DNA of 62,071 nt, counting the filler, from Candidatus Nezhaarchaeota archaeon WYZ-LMO8 (lineage in GTDB: Archaea > Thermoproteota > Methanomethylicia > Nezhaarchaeales > WYZ-LMO8): assembly GCA_004347965.1 (NCBI GenBank). It is 5 parts of 5 records of this genome, joined end to end, with 100 filler letters (N's around TTAATTAATTAA, not from the genome) between each part and the next. Parts side by side here need not be neighbours in the genome. Positions count along the whole stretch, not along the records: positions 1 to 13,660 come from QNVF01000033.1; positions 13,761 to 27,173 come from QNVF01000034.1; 3 more parts are not named here. The stretch is one strand, 5' to 3'. Below the pieces are notes generated by a model. That model was not told where the DNA came from and did not search any database. It saw only the letters and a program-made list of their open reading frames with translations. Of the stretch, positions 10,181-19,633 are shown in pieces. Positions within the stretch are counted from its first letter, which is position 1; every line of letters begins with the position of its first letter. The position numbers were made by a program, and so were the translations under genes.

Positions 10181-11188
10181 TCATCGCAAACCTCTCACCT
10201 TAATTCTTAAAGGGATGAGGTGAGAAGCGTCACACGTAGTGCTTGTCGTAAGATGCGTAAAGCCCTCTCTGCAAGTTGAAAAAGTAACTCCAAAATCATC
10301 CGCTATCTCCTTGACCATCTTCATTAAGTTTAACCTAACATCATCCCTTAAATACCTTGAAGAGCCATGTCTAAAACCTTCTTCGTAGTAGAGCTCATGC
10401 CAGTACTTCGCCTTATCAGGAAAGGCCTTAATCATCCTTGCTAAATTGTCGGGCTTCACCTTGTAAGTAGAAGATGATACATGTCTAACTCCGCACTTAA
10501 CTACTTCTTCGATTAGTCTTCTCAACTTTTTTTCATCATCATTTAAGCCAGGCACTATAGGATCTACCCTGATGATGCATGGAACACCCATTTGGCTTAG
10601 GCACTTAATAGCTTTGAGCCTATCTCTAGGTTTAGGGGCTCCAGTCTCTATAATTGATGCTAGACCATCTTCGAGAGTTGTTATCGTGAAGCTGACGGTG
10701 CAATTACCCCTAGATATTAAGTCAGCATCCCTTACAACGATGTTGGACTTGGTTATTATCATGACCTTCAAACCACGAGACAGCAGCAGCTCCAAACACC
10801 TTCTTGTGAGACCTAGGCTTGCTTCTATGGGGGGATAGGGATCTGAGCTATTGGACATCGATATTGGCAGTTCTCTGTTGATCTTGATCAGATCCCTCAT
10901 CAACCTTCGTTCAAGGTTGGCTTTAGGTCTGGACTCAGGCACCTTTATGTATGAGGTAGCGTAACAGTACAAGCACTTGTGACTACATCCTGAGTATGGA
11001 GAGAAGCTGTACTTTGGAGGACACGTACAGAACTTGCCTTTCCAAGGGTCGAAGGGGGTTACAACATTCATCTCTAAATTGAGATGAGAGGAGAGTGTAA
11101 TATTTAAACTCTGAGAGACATCGCATTGTTTTTGAAGCCTTTTAGAACCCAACATCCCTGATTTACATGAGGACGCAATCCTTCGCAA
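10181..11188 (-). CDS. Radical SAM protein (spore photoproduct lyase-like/COG1533 family)
   Basis: SPYSGCSHKCLYCYA, SDPYPPIE, ITKS; likely start ATG 11071. Confidence 0.88.
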   Translation of the reverse strand: MRRIASSCKSGMLGSKRLQKQCDVSQSLNITLSSHLNLEMNVVTPFDPWKGKFCTCPPKYSFSPYSGCSHKCLYCYATSYIKVPESRPKANLERRLMRDLIKINRELPISMSNSSDPYPPIEASLGLTRRCLELLLSRGLKVMIITKSNIVVRDADLISRGNCTVSFTITTLEDGLASIIETGAPKPRDRLKAIKCLSQMGVPCIIRVDPIVPGLNDDEKKLRRLIEEVVKCGVRHVSSSTYKVKPDNLARMIKAFPDKAKYWHELYYEEGFRHGSSRYLRDDVRLNLMKMVKEIADDFGVTFSTCREGFTHLTTSTTCDASHLIPLRIKVRGLR

Positions 11189-11228
11189 CCAATTTAAACC
11201 TCAGGGCTTGAAATACTATTAGCAAGCC

Positions 11229-12350
11229 GTGGTGTTGTTAATGCATCACTCCTTCCACTTAGAGATGTATGAGAAGCTGAGGAATAAACTCGATAAAGCT
11301 CCAATTGGGATGCCCAAAAGCCCTAGTGGCGTTGAGAAAGAGATATTGAAGCTGCTTTTTACTGAAGAGGAGGCAAGCCTTGCGCTCTACATGCCTCTCG
11401 TACCCTTCACCATTGAGCAACTAGCTGAAAGAACTGGAAAAGATGTTGAGTACTTAAAGAAGATGCTTGATGAGATGGCCAAGAAAGGGACCGTGTGGAG
11501 GGGATCTCGGGATGGCAATGTCGCGTACAGACTTTTTCCAGTCATGGTTGGACTATTTGAGATGCACTTCCTTCCTGGACCTGGTAATGATCCTCTACAA
11601 CCAAAACTAGCTCCCCTCTTAGCTAAGTATTTTAAGGAAGCTTTCTACAAAGAGCTTGGGGATAGGAGACATCCTGTAATGAGAGCTCTGCCCGAAAGAG
11701 ATACGATATCGCCTAAAGCACAGATACTACCCTACGAAGATGCTGTGAAGCTTGTAAAGGAGCGAGACTACCATGCAATAGGTTATTGTGGTTGTAGAAT
11801 AATATCGAGGCTCATGGGTGAGGGTTGTAGGCGCTCTCTTGAGAACTGTCTTCACTTCGGCTCACTTGCAAGGTACATGGTTGAGCATGGCTTCGCGAGG
11901 AGGATAACAGCAGACGAAGCATTAAGCGTCTTGAAGAAGGCAAACAAAGAGGGGCTAGTGCACACTACTGAAAGAAGTCAGGGACCTATAAGCACGATAT
12001 GCAATTGTTGTAGCGACTGCTGTGTATTCTTTAGGTCGATTCACGAGGCTAAGTATCCGAACGCAATAGCGTATTCAAGTTATGTTGCGAGTGTTGATGC
12101 AGAGAGATGCTTGGCTTGTGGGATTTGCATGCTTCGATGCCCAATGAAGGCCGTTGTGGTCAAGAAGGATAGAGAGCCAGCAAAAATTAACGTTGAGAAG
12201 TGCCTTGGATGTGGAGTCTGCGTTCCTACATGCCCGGTTGGAGCGCTAGAGTTGATACCGAGAGAAGAATTACCTGAAGTGCCTGATCGTAGGACCTACG
12301 TAGTGCAGCTCCTTGCGGACAGGGGGAAAGACTTCTCAGCTTTACTATAA
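11229..12350 (+). CDS. Multi-cysteine 4Fe-4S binding protein with N-terminal HTH-like region
   Basis: CGCR, ICNCCSDCC and two CxxCxxCxxxCP ferredoxin motifs. Confidence 0.85.
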   Translation: MVLLMHHSFHLEMYEKLRNKLDKAPIGMPKSPSGVEKEILKLLFTEEEASLALYMPLVPFTIEQLAERTGKDVEYLKKMLDEMAKKGTVWRGSRDGNVAYRLFPVMVGLFEMHFLPGPGNDPLQPKLAPLLAKYFKEAFYKELGDRRHPVMRALPERDTISPKAQILPYEDAVKLVKERDYHAIGYCGCRIISRLMGEGCRRSLENCLHFGSLARYMVEHGFARRITADEALSVLKKANKEGLVHTTERSQGPISTICNCCSDCCVFFRSIHEAKYPNAIAYSSYVASVDAERCLACGICMLRCPMKAVVVKKDREPAKINVEKCLGCGVCVPTCPVGALELIPREELPEVPDRRTYVVQLLADRGKDFSALL

Positions 12351-12432
12351 AGGCTCCAAGAGAGAAAGGAAGGGTGAGGAACTTTACGTTATGTTGAAGC
12401 ATTCTATAAACTTTAAACCTTCAATGCTTTTG

Positions 12433-12999
12433 CTACTCTTTCATTAAGTAACCGCCGAACATCATTGCCCATAGCAACGTCGGATAAGAAATCATGCGCT
12501 CTATTCCGCCTATCCCCAAGCCAAAGTCTATTCTTAATACGAATGAGACGAAGGCTATTAACGAAACAATGCCCAGTACTACTGAGAAGTAAGATGCAGG
12601 TGCCCCTTGAAACTTATAAGATGCTATGGCTGCCAAAGCCCCGAATACGAAAGCTAGTATAGCAGCTATGGCATGTGGCAATTGAAAGTCCATCGGGAAT
12701 ATTCCAACACCAGCACAACCAATTCCGCATAAAGCTAGAAAGCCTAGGAAAACCTTGTTGGTAATGGTCTTCCTCCTCCATAGAAAGTAAACTGCGGCTA
12801 TGGCAGTTAAACCCAGCACTATTATTGATGCATTAAACATGAAAGCTGTGGGTGCCTGTAATGCTCCAAGCTCACTTATATAGTTCTTAGAGACGCTGTA
12901 ATTGGGATATATACATTCGGCAATCAACATGAACAAAGCGAATTGTGCTGCTCCTACAAACATTAAGGCTCCAGCTACTCTATTACCGGCTTCTCCCAT
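12433..12999 (-). CDS. DUF998 family membrane protein
   Basis: YPNYSVSKNYISELG, GVGIFP, H, GGIERM motifs; about 5 TM helices. Confidence 0.8.
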   Translation of the reverse strand: MGEAGNRVAGALMFVGAAQFALFMLIAECIYPNYSVSKNYISELGALQAPTAFMFNASIIVLGLTAIAAVYFLWRRKTITNKVFLGFLALCGIGCAGVGIFPMDFQLPHAIAAILAFVFGALAAIASYKFQGAPASYFSVVLGIVSLIAFVSFVLRIDFGLGIGGIERMISYPTLLWAMMFGGYLMKE

Positions 13000-13275
13000 G
13001 TGTTATTCTATAAATACTTTGTAAAAGATATAAAGCTTTTTTACTCTACAGCTTGGTTGCATGGCGCAGTGAGTTGCTGACACTTTGAGACAACTCTACA
13101 TTACAGCACATCATTTTATTAGAACATCAACTCTAAAGCTTTCTTAAAGTAGGAAAGATTTATGGTTGCGATGAGGTCGACCTGTCAACTTAAGATAAGG
13201 TGGCACTTAACGTTATATGACCTATATTTTTAAATAGTTGATTCATTAATCGATATATCGCAATATCAGCTACTG

Positions 13276-13660
13276 GTGAAAAAAATGTTAACAGTTTTTG
13301 TTCGCAGGGAGTACAAGGATTTATGTGAGGAAATACGTCGAGTGATCGAAAAGAGTGCTAATAGGTGTGTGGAGGTTGATGTTGTAAATAACCTCGAAGA
13401 ACTCAAGTCTCGCTTAGAGAAGCTTCAAGCTGAAGAGGTGTTTCTCCTCTTTTTTGTAGGACCTAACGTTCTAAGCGAGTTGAAGAAGCTGTGCAGAGAC
13501 GTCAAGTCTCTTGATGAGCTTGTGATGCACGTGACCGGGACCTTTACCAACGAACGCATAGTAATCTTGACCACATCAAGCGATGATGAGAGAGTCCTAT
13601 TGGAGTTCAAAGCTATGTACGAGGTAACGCCGAGACAACTTGACATTTTGAAGGTCACAA
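13276..13660 (+). CDS. Hypothetical protein, 3'-truncated by contig end
   Basis: Open frame runs into the N spacer; upstream AT-rich promoter-like region. Confidence 0.55.
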
Positions 13661-13760
13661 NNNNNNNNNNNNNNNNNNNNNNNNNNNNNNNNNNNNNNNN
13701 NNNNTTAATTAATTAANNNNNNNNNNNNNNNNNNNNNNNNNNNNNNNNNNNNNNNNNNNN
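13661..13760. other. Artificial contig spacer N44-TTAATTAATTAA-N44
   Basis: 100-nt linker with stops in all six frames, repeated identically four times. Confidence 0.98.
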
Positions 13761-13854
13761 ACGTAAAATAATTAGGCAGTAGACGAAAGGTATATATCTG
13801 GAACAATGAGCTAGTTTTTCTTAAACTATCATTTCCTCAACATGAGGGAAAATC

Positions 13855-14901
13855 ATGAGACCTGATGATGATGTTGGTATCATAGGTTATGGTGTTTACA
13901 TTCCAATATACAGGATTAAGACCTCTGAGATAGCTAAAGTTTGGGGTAAGCTTAACGATGATCTTCCAGTTGAAGAGAAAGCTGTTGCAGGACCTGATGA
14001 AGATGCTGTGACAATAGCCATTGAGGCTGCGAAGTATGCCATTAGAAGAGCTGGCATTAGACCCGAAGAGATAGGAGCTGTGTATGTGGGGACGGAGTCT
14101 AAGCCCTATGCAGTTAAGCCTTGTAGCACAATAGTCGCTGAAGCTATAGGTGCAACCCCTAACGTCTTAGCTGCAGACTATGAGTTTGCTTGTAAAGCTG
14201 GTACTGAGGCATTCCAAGCTTCAATAGGTTTAGTGGCTTCAGGGATGGTCGAGTACGCTATGGCTATAGGCGTAGACACCGCTCAAAGTAGACCAGCTGA
14301 TGCACTTGAATACACAAGTGGATCTGGGGGTGGAGCATTCATATTTGCTAAGAAGAACGACGAGACTATAGCGTACGTCGAAGGTAGCTACTCCTTTGTA
14401 ACCGATACTCCAGACTTTTGGAGAAGGGATGGAGAACGATATCCCTATCACATGGGTCGATTTACTGGTGAGCCGGCCTACTTCAGACACACGATCATGG
14501 CGGCTAAAGGCTTAATGTCCGAGTTAGGGTTAAGGCCAAGCGACTTTAGCTATGCTGTCTTCCATCAACCTAACTACAGGTTTCCATTGAAGGCAGCACG
14601 ATACCTTGGCATACCTGATGATAAGGTTAAGCCAAGCCTTGTTTGTTTGAACGTTGGAAACACTTACTCTGGATCATCGATGATAGGTTTAGCTGCTGTT
14701 CTAGACGTGGCTAAGCCTGGAGATAGGATCTTATTGGTATCCTATGGTTCTGGTGCAGGTAGCGATGCATTTAGCTTCGTAGTTCAGGATATCATAGAAG
14801 AGAAGAGGGATAGAGCACCAAAAGTCTCAACGTTCTTGTCGAGAAGAAGGGAAATAAATTATTCACTATATGCGAAGTTCAGAAACAAGATATTAATGTG
14901 A
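13855..14901 (+). CDS. Archaeal hydroxymethylglutaryl-CoA synthase
   Basis: [11 protein letters not shown] (Glu), FACKAGT (Cys), FHQPN (His), [15 protein letters not shown]. Confidence 0.95.
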   Translation: MRPDDDVGIIGYGVYIPIYRIKTSEIAKVWGKLNDDLPVEEKAVAGPDEDAVTIAIEAAKYAIRRAGIRPEEIGAVYVGTESKPYAVKPCSTIVAEAIGATPNVLAADYEFACKAGTEAFQASIGLVASGMVEYAMAIGVDTAQSRPADALEYTSGSGGGAFIFAKKNDETIAYVEGSYSFVTDTPDFWRRDGERYPYHMGRFTGEPAYFRHTIMAAKGLMSELGLRPSDFSYAVFHQPNYRFPLKAARYLGIPDDKVKPSLVCLNVGNTYSGSSMIGLAAVLDVAKPGDRILLVSYGSGAGSDAFSFVVQDIIEEKRDRAPKVSTFLSRRREINYSLYAKFRNKILM

Positions 14902-14912
14902 TGTGCTAAGCC

Positions 14913-16076
14913 ATGAGGGAAGTAGCAGTGGTATCGGTAGGCTATACTAGAGTATCAGAGCATTGGGAGAAATCCATTAAGGGTCTATTTGTAGAAGCAG
15001 CGCTCAAAGCTCTTGAAAACGCGGATCTAAGTGTAAGGTCCCTTGACGGAATGTATGTGGCAAACGTCTTTGCTGGGTACCTTCAAGGGCAGACCAATCT
15101 TGCTAATGTTTTAGCTGACAGCCTAGGTGTCTATGACAAGTTCGCTATCTCCATAGATGCTGGAGGGGCATCAGGTGCTCTTGCAATTCATGAAGCATAT
15201 AAGGATGTAGCCCACGGTGTAAGAGATGTAGTAATGGTTTGCGGAGTTGAAAAGATGAGTGAGACGTCACCTCAAGAGGTTGTATCTGCACTGACCTCAG
15301 TTGCAGATCAAGAATACTTAAGGTACACTGGTATAACGGTTCATAGCCTAGCAGCACTAATATACAAGACGTACTTGAGGCGCTTCAATAAAAAGCAGGA
15401 GGACGTTGCATTGATGTCAGTCGTAGATCATGAACATGCTATCACTTGTAGTCATGCTCAGTACCCATTCAAGTTGTCCGTTGAAGCCATAATGAGCTCC
15501 GCTATTTTAGCTGATCCTATAAGGGCTTTGGAGGTCATATCGCCATCAGACGGCTCTGCTGCCATAATCATGTGCCCGCATGAGAAGGCTAAGGAGCTTG
15601 GCTTGTCTCACGTGAAGCTGGTTACTTCTCAGATAGCCCGAGATAAATTCAATCTTATGGAGAGGGATGACTTGCTCTCCATGAAGGCCCTAATTGAAGC
15701 AGCACAGAGAGCTTACAATAGCACCGGTATAACACCATCAGACTTAAGCTTCGTGGAGCTATACGATGACTACTCTGTTATGGGCGTTATTGCTCTCGAA
15801 AAGCTGGGATTATGTGGTCCAGGTGAAGGAGTAGAGCTGCTGAAAAATGGTGAAGTTAAGTTGAGTGGCTCCATACCAGTCAATACCTTCGGTGGTCTTA
15901 AAGCTCGTGGAGCACCTCTAGGCGCGGTCGGCGTGTATCAAGCTGTAGAAGCTTATCTACAATTAACGGGTAATGCAGGTCCAAACCAGGTTAAAAATGC
16001 GAGAATTGGATTAACGCAGACGAGTTGTGGCTTCAACTCCATAGTTGTCATAAACTTGTTCGAGGCGTGTTGCTAA
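14913..16076 (+). CDS. Thiolase-fold protein (acetoacetyl-CoA thiolase homologue) with degenerate active site
   Basis: GVEKMSE, SDGSAA, VNTFGGLKARG thiolase motifs; catalytic positions read AGGASG, ELYDD and GAPLG. Confidence 0.9.
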   Translation: MREVAVVSVGYTRVSEHWEKSIKGLFVEAALKALENADLSVRSLDGMYVANVFAGYLQGQTNLANVLADSLGVYDKFAISIDAGGASGALAIHEAYKDVAHGVRDVVMVCGVEKMSETSPQEVVSALTSVADQEYLRYTGITVHSLAALIYKTYLRRFNKKQEDVALMSVVDHEHAITCSHAQYPFKLSVEAIMSSAILADPIRALEVISPSDGSAAIIMCPHEKAKELGLSHVKLVTSQIARDKFNLMERDDLLSMKALIEAAQRAYNSTGITPSDLSFVELYDDYSVMGVIALEKLGLCGPGEGVELLKNGEVKLSGSIPVNTFGGLKARGAPLGAVGVYQAVEAYLQLTGNAGPNQVKNARIGLTQTSCGFNSIVVINLFEACC

Positions 16077-16471
16077 TGGCAACCTCTGCATACTGGAGGA
16101 CTAGGCTTCAAAGGTATAGACTCATGGGTAATAAGTGCTCTACTTGCAATAAGATATTCTTCCCACCACGGCTCGTATGTCCATACTGCGGGTCAGTGAA
16201 ATTAAGTGAGAGCAAACTTCCTGAGAGAGGCAGATTGGTGGATTACACAGTGGTATACTCTGCACCTGAGTGTTATGAGACAGTAATACCTTATGTTGTA
16301 GGCTTAGTAGAGCTTGAAAACGGGGTTAAGATCGTGGCCCCAATAACCGATGTTGATGTGAATGAGGTCGAAGAGGGCATGGAGGTTGAGTTGACCATAA
16401 GAAGGCTACCAGAGCAGCTTGAAGGAGGTATGATCTGCTATACCTATAAGTTTAGACCAGTAATAAAGTAA
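16076..16471 (+). CDS. DUF35 Zn-ribbon/OB-fold scaffold protein
   Basis: CSTC...FPPRLVCPYCG ribbon, PYVVGLVEL, YTYKFRP; ATG 16076 overlaps the thiolase TAA. Confidence 0.92.
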   Translation: MATSAYWRTRLQRYRLMGNKCSTCNKIFFPPRLVCPYCGSVKLSESKLPERGRLVDYTVVYSAPECYETVIPYVVGLVELENGVKIVAPITDVDVNEVEEGMEVELTIRRLPEQLEGGMICYTYKFRPVIK

Positions 16472-16528
16472 GGTCTTCATAGCTCCTTTTAAGCTGAGGT
16501 TAGTAGATGAGTATATTGGTGCCTTTGA

Positions 16529-17509
16529 GTGCTCAATGCGTCAGTGACTAAGAGCAAGGCAATTTTGATAGGTGAGCACGTAACATGTGATGCACACGAG
16601 GATAATAGAGAAATTAGGATAGTAACACATGCTCACTACGATCACATACTTGGTTTAAGAGAGAGTTTAAGAGAGTGCAGGGTTGTTTACGCTACCACAA
16701 TAACTAAAGACATGCTTAGTGTGCTTTATGGGAAGGGTGCTGAGAAGATTTCAGCATTGAATTATGAGGAGCCGGTAATGGTCGGCGATGAAGTAATGAT
16801 GCTATACCCTGCAAGCCACATACCAGGTTCAGCACAAGTATTAGTTGAAGATGCGAATGGAAGCAGAGTCCTATACACAAGTGACTTTAGACTTCCAGGA
16901 GCACCAGTAATAGAGACCGATATTTTAGTGATAGAAGCAACATATGGGCATCCTAGGTGCATTAGACCTCCAATAGATGAGGTGTATGATGCGTTAACGA
17001 AGTTGGTGAGTAACGATGTTGAGAAGCACCCAATTCACATATACGGTTTCTACGGGAAAGTACAGGAGGTCATGGAGGTATTACGGAGGAGAGGTGTTCA
17101 TGCGCCTTTCTTAGCTGAAGGGAAGATGTATGAGCTAACTATGGTGTGTGTCAAGCATAATCTTAAGGTCGGAGATGTGGTGAATGCTGCTTCAAGAGAG
17201 GGTCTTGAGGTTCTCAAGGGTAACGGAGGTTATGTGTTCTTTAAGCATACATCAAAAATAGGCGAGAACATTAAAGGATTGAAGATACACTTGACTGGAT
17301 GGGAGTTTAACGTTACTCACAGAAAGATCTCCAACAACATGTATAGAGTCTCGCTTAGCAGTCATAGCGACTTCAATCACCTAATCGCTTACGTGGAGGA
17401 TAGTGGACCCAAGAAGGTGATAGTGGACAATAGCAGAGACGGCTTTGGCGTCGAGTTCGCTCATGAAATCAGAAAGAGGTTAAACGTAGAAGCTATCGCA
17501 ATGCCCTAA
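16529..17509 (+). CDS. MBL-fold metallo-hydrolase (beta-CASP exonuclease-like)
   Basis: THAHYDH, HIPGS, YTSDF, EATYG, LSSHSDF. Confidence 0.85.
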   Translation: MLNASVTKSKAILIGEHVTCDAHEDNREIRIVTHAHYDHILGLRESLRECRVVYATTITKDMLSVLYGKGAEKISALNYEEPVMVGDEVMMLYPASHIPGSAQVLVEDANGSRVLYTSDFRLPGAPVIETDILVIEATYGHPRCIRPPIDEVYDALTKLVSNDVEKHPIHIYGFYGKVQEVMEVLRRRGVHAPFLAEGKMYELTMVCVKHNLKVGDVVNAASREGLEVLKGNGGYVFFKHTSKIGENIKGLKIHLTGWEFNVTHRKISNNMYRVSLSSHSDFNHLIAYVEDSGPKKVIVDNSRDGFGVEFAHEIRKRLNVEAIAMP

Positions 17510-17580
17510 AACTGAGAGGTTTTTATATTTAACAACGACTAGGATGCTATACGTCTTGAATAATATGAAGCGAGGGCTGT

Positions 17581-19317
17581 GTGATGAGCGTAGCCGATAA
17601 GGTAATGGAGCTAGCCAAGAGGAGAGGGTTCTTCTGGATCTCAGCTGAACTCTATGGTGGTGTAAGCGGTTTCCTAGACTTTGGACCACTAGGCAAGCTA
17701 CTTAAAAGAAAGATAGAGGAGAAATGGCGCTACTGGTTTGTCCTGAAGAACCAGGAGTTTGTTGTTGAAATCGAGACGCCAGTCATAACTCCTTACAAGG
17801 TTTTCGAGGCTTCAGGTCACGTAGGGCATTTCACAGATTACATGGTTGAATGCTTAAAGTGTGGAAGGAAGTTTAGAGCAGATCACGTAATAGAAGAACA
17901 GACCGGGCTTAGTGGACTTGAAGGATTAAGTGAGGAACAGCTGACATCAATAATTACTGAAAGAAATGTTAAGTGTCCTGAGTGTGGAGGTCAGCTGGGT
18001 ACGGTCAAGAAGTTCAACCTATTGTTTCAAACTACGATAGGTCCATACAGCGAGAACGTGGGATTCGCTAGACCTGAAGCTGCTCAAGGGATGTTCACGA
18101 CATTTAATAGAGTCTACAACGTCATGAGGAATAAGCTGCCATTGGGTATAGCCCAGATAGGCAAGGTAATGAGGAACGAAATCTCTCCTAGACAAGGTCC
18201 CATAAGGCTTAGGGAGTTCACTATAATGGAGCTTGAGTTGTTCTATGACCCTCAAGAGCCATCTTGCCACGTGCTAGATAAGAACGAAGTTCTTAGACTG
18301 GTCCCTGAAGATAGCGTCGCTAAGAAGGATTTGACCCCTCTAGAGGTTACCGTTGAGGAGGCATTGAGAAAAAGATTGGTAGCATGTGAGTGGCTTGCGT
18401 ATTTCATGGTATTAGCTCAAAAGTTTGTTCAGGAGCTTGGAATCCCATGGGATAAGCAGATGTTCGTTGCTAAGCTACCTCAAGAGAGAGCTCACTACGC
18501 AACGCAAGTCTACGATCAGGTTGTAAAGCTTGAGAAGTGGGGTTGGATTGAAGTTTCAGGGCACGCGTTCAGAACTGATTACGACTTGAGGGGGCACATG
18601 GCGTCAAGCGGAGAAGATCTGAGAGTCTATAAGCAGTTCCAGTCTGAGGTTGAAGTTGAAGAGGTTGAAGTGAGACCTTTGGTAGACGCGATAAAAGAAG
18701 ACTACGAGACTGATGCCTCCGCAATAATCAATGCATTGAAAATGATGCCGGGAGAGAGGGTGCTTGAAGAGATTAAGAGTAAAGGCTTCTTTGAAATGGG
18801 AGGATATAGAATTTACCCCAAGCACGTTAGCTTTGAGAAGGTTAAGAAAAATGTCAAAGGGAGGAAGTTCATACCGTTCGTTGCTGAGCCATCGTTTGGG
18901 GCTGAGAGACTCGTTTACGCATCTATGGAGTATGCGTATAGAGAAAAAGATGGTAGAGTGATATTATCGTTTCCACCGGACATAGCTCCAATAGAAGCTG
19001 TGGTTCTACCACTAGTGAATCGAGATGGTCTTCCAGAAAAGGCTAGAGAGATCTACGGTATGCTAAGCTTTAGAGGGCTGGTGGTAGAATACGATGATTC
19101 AGGGTCTATAGGAAGGAGGTATGCGAGGGCTGACGAAGTTGGTGTTCCGCTTGCAATAACTGTTGACTACCAAACACTGAGGGATGACACCGTAACTGTA
19201 CGAGATAGGGATACTTGGAAGCAAGTAAGGGTTAGGATAGAAAAGTTGCCTGAGATCGTTGAAGTATATATTAAGAGACGAGAGTTAAAAGAACCTTTAA
19301 AGAAACTTTTTGAGTAA
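17581..19317 (+). CDS. glyS: Glycine--tRNA ligase (alpha2 type)
   Basis: RRGFF...YGG, RPEAAQG, RNEISPRQGPIRLREF, EPSFG, SIGRRYARADEVG anticodon domain. Confidence 0.97.
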   Translation: MMSVADKVMELAKRRGFFWISAELYGGVSGFLDFGPLGKLLKRKIEEKWRYWFVLKNQEFVVEIETPVITPYKVFEASGHVGHFTDYMVECLKCGRKFRADHVIEEQTGLSGLEGLSEEQLTSIITERNVKCPECGGQLGTVKKFNLLFQTTIGPYSENVGFARPEAAQGMFTTFNRVYNVMRNKLPLGIAQIGKVMRNEISPRQGPIRLREFTIMELELFYDPQEPSCHVLDKNEVLRLVPEDSVAKKDLTPLEVTVEEALRKRLVACEWLAYFMVLAQKFVQELGIPWDKQMFVAKLPQERAHYATQVYDQVVKLEKWGWIEVSGHAFRTDYDLRGHMASSGEDLRVYKQFQSEVEVEEVEVRPLVDAIKEDYETDASAIINALKMMPGERVLEEIKSKGFFEMGGYRIYPKHVSFEKVKKNVKGRKFIPFVAEPSFGAERLVYASMEYAYREKDGRVILSFPPDIAPIEAVVLPLVNRDGLPEKAREIYGMLSFRGLVVEYDDSGSIGRRYARADEVGVPLAITVDYQTLRDDTVTVRDRDTWKQVRVRIEKLPEIVEVYIKRRELKEPLKKLFE

Positions 19318-19351
19318 ACTGTCAAATATTAAGAACGGAGCTGATGACCTT

Positions 19352-19633
19352 ATGAGCAGGATTGTAGAGAAGAGGTTAAAGTTGAGGAAGAAGGATGAAG
19401 TCCAAGAAGGAACTGCGCGAATTAATCCAAAGACAGCTGATTTCTTGGGCATATCAGGCAAACTGGAAATAGTTTTAGCTGGAAAAAAGAGGTACAACTT
19501 CGATGTTATTATCAGTGGGGGAGTGCCAGTTAATGAGGTGTGGCTTAACTCAGAGCAAATGAGGAGGTTGGGGATATCGGACAACACAACAGCAACAGTC
19601 AGGAAGCCATTAACTTCGACAGCTAGGCCTTAA
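19352..19633 (+). CDS. Small protein resembling a CDC48-N double-psi beta-barrel
   Basis: Two pseudo-repeats ARINPKTADFLGI and VWLNSEQMRRLGI; ATG 19352 is in frame within ORF 19310-19633. Confidence 0.65.
   Translation: MSRIVEKRLKLRKKDEVQEGTARINPKTADFLGISGKLEIVLAGKKRYNFDVIISGGVPVNEVWLNSEQMRRLGISDNTTATVRKPLTSTARP

Noticed and set aside
13705..13716. Palindromic TTAATTAATTAA recurring four times
   Set aside because: Always centred in 44+44 Ns; it is a synthetic six-frame-stop linker between length-sorted contigs, not a biological repeat
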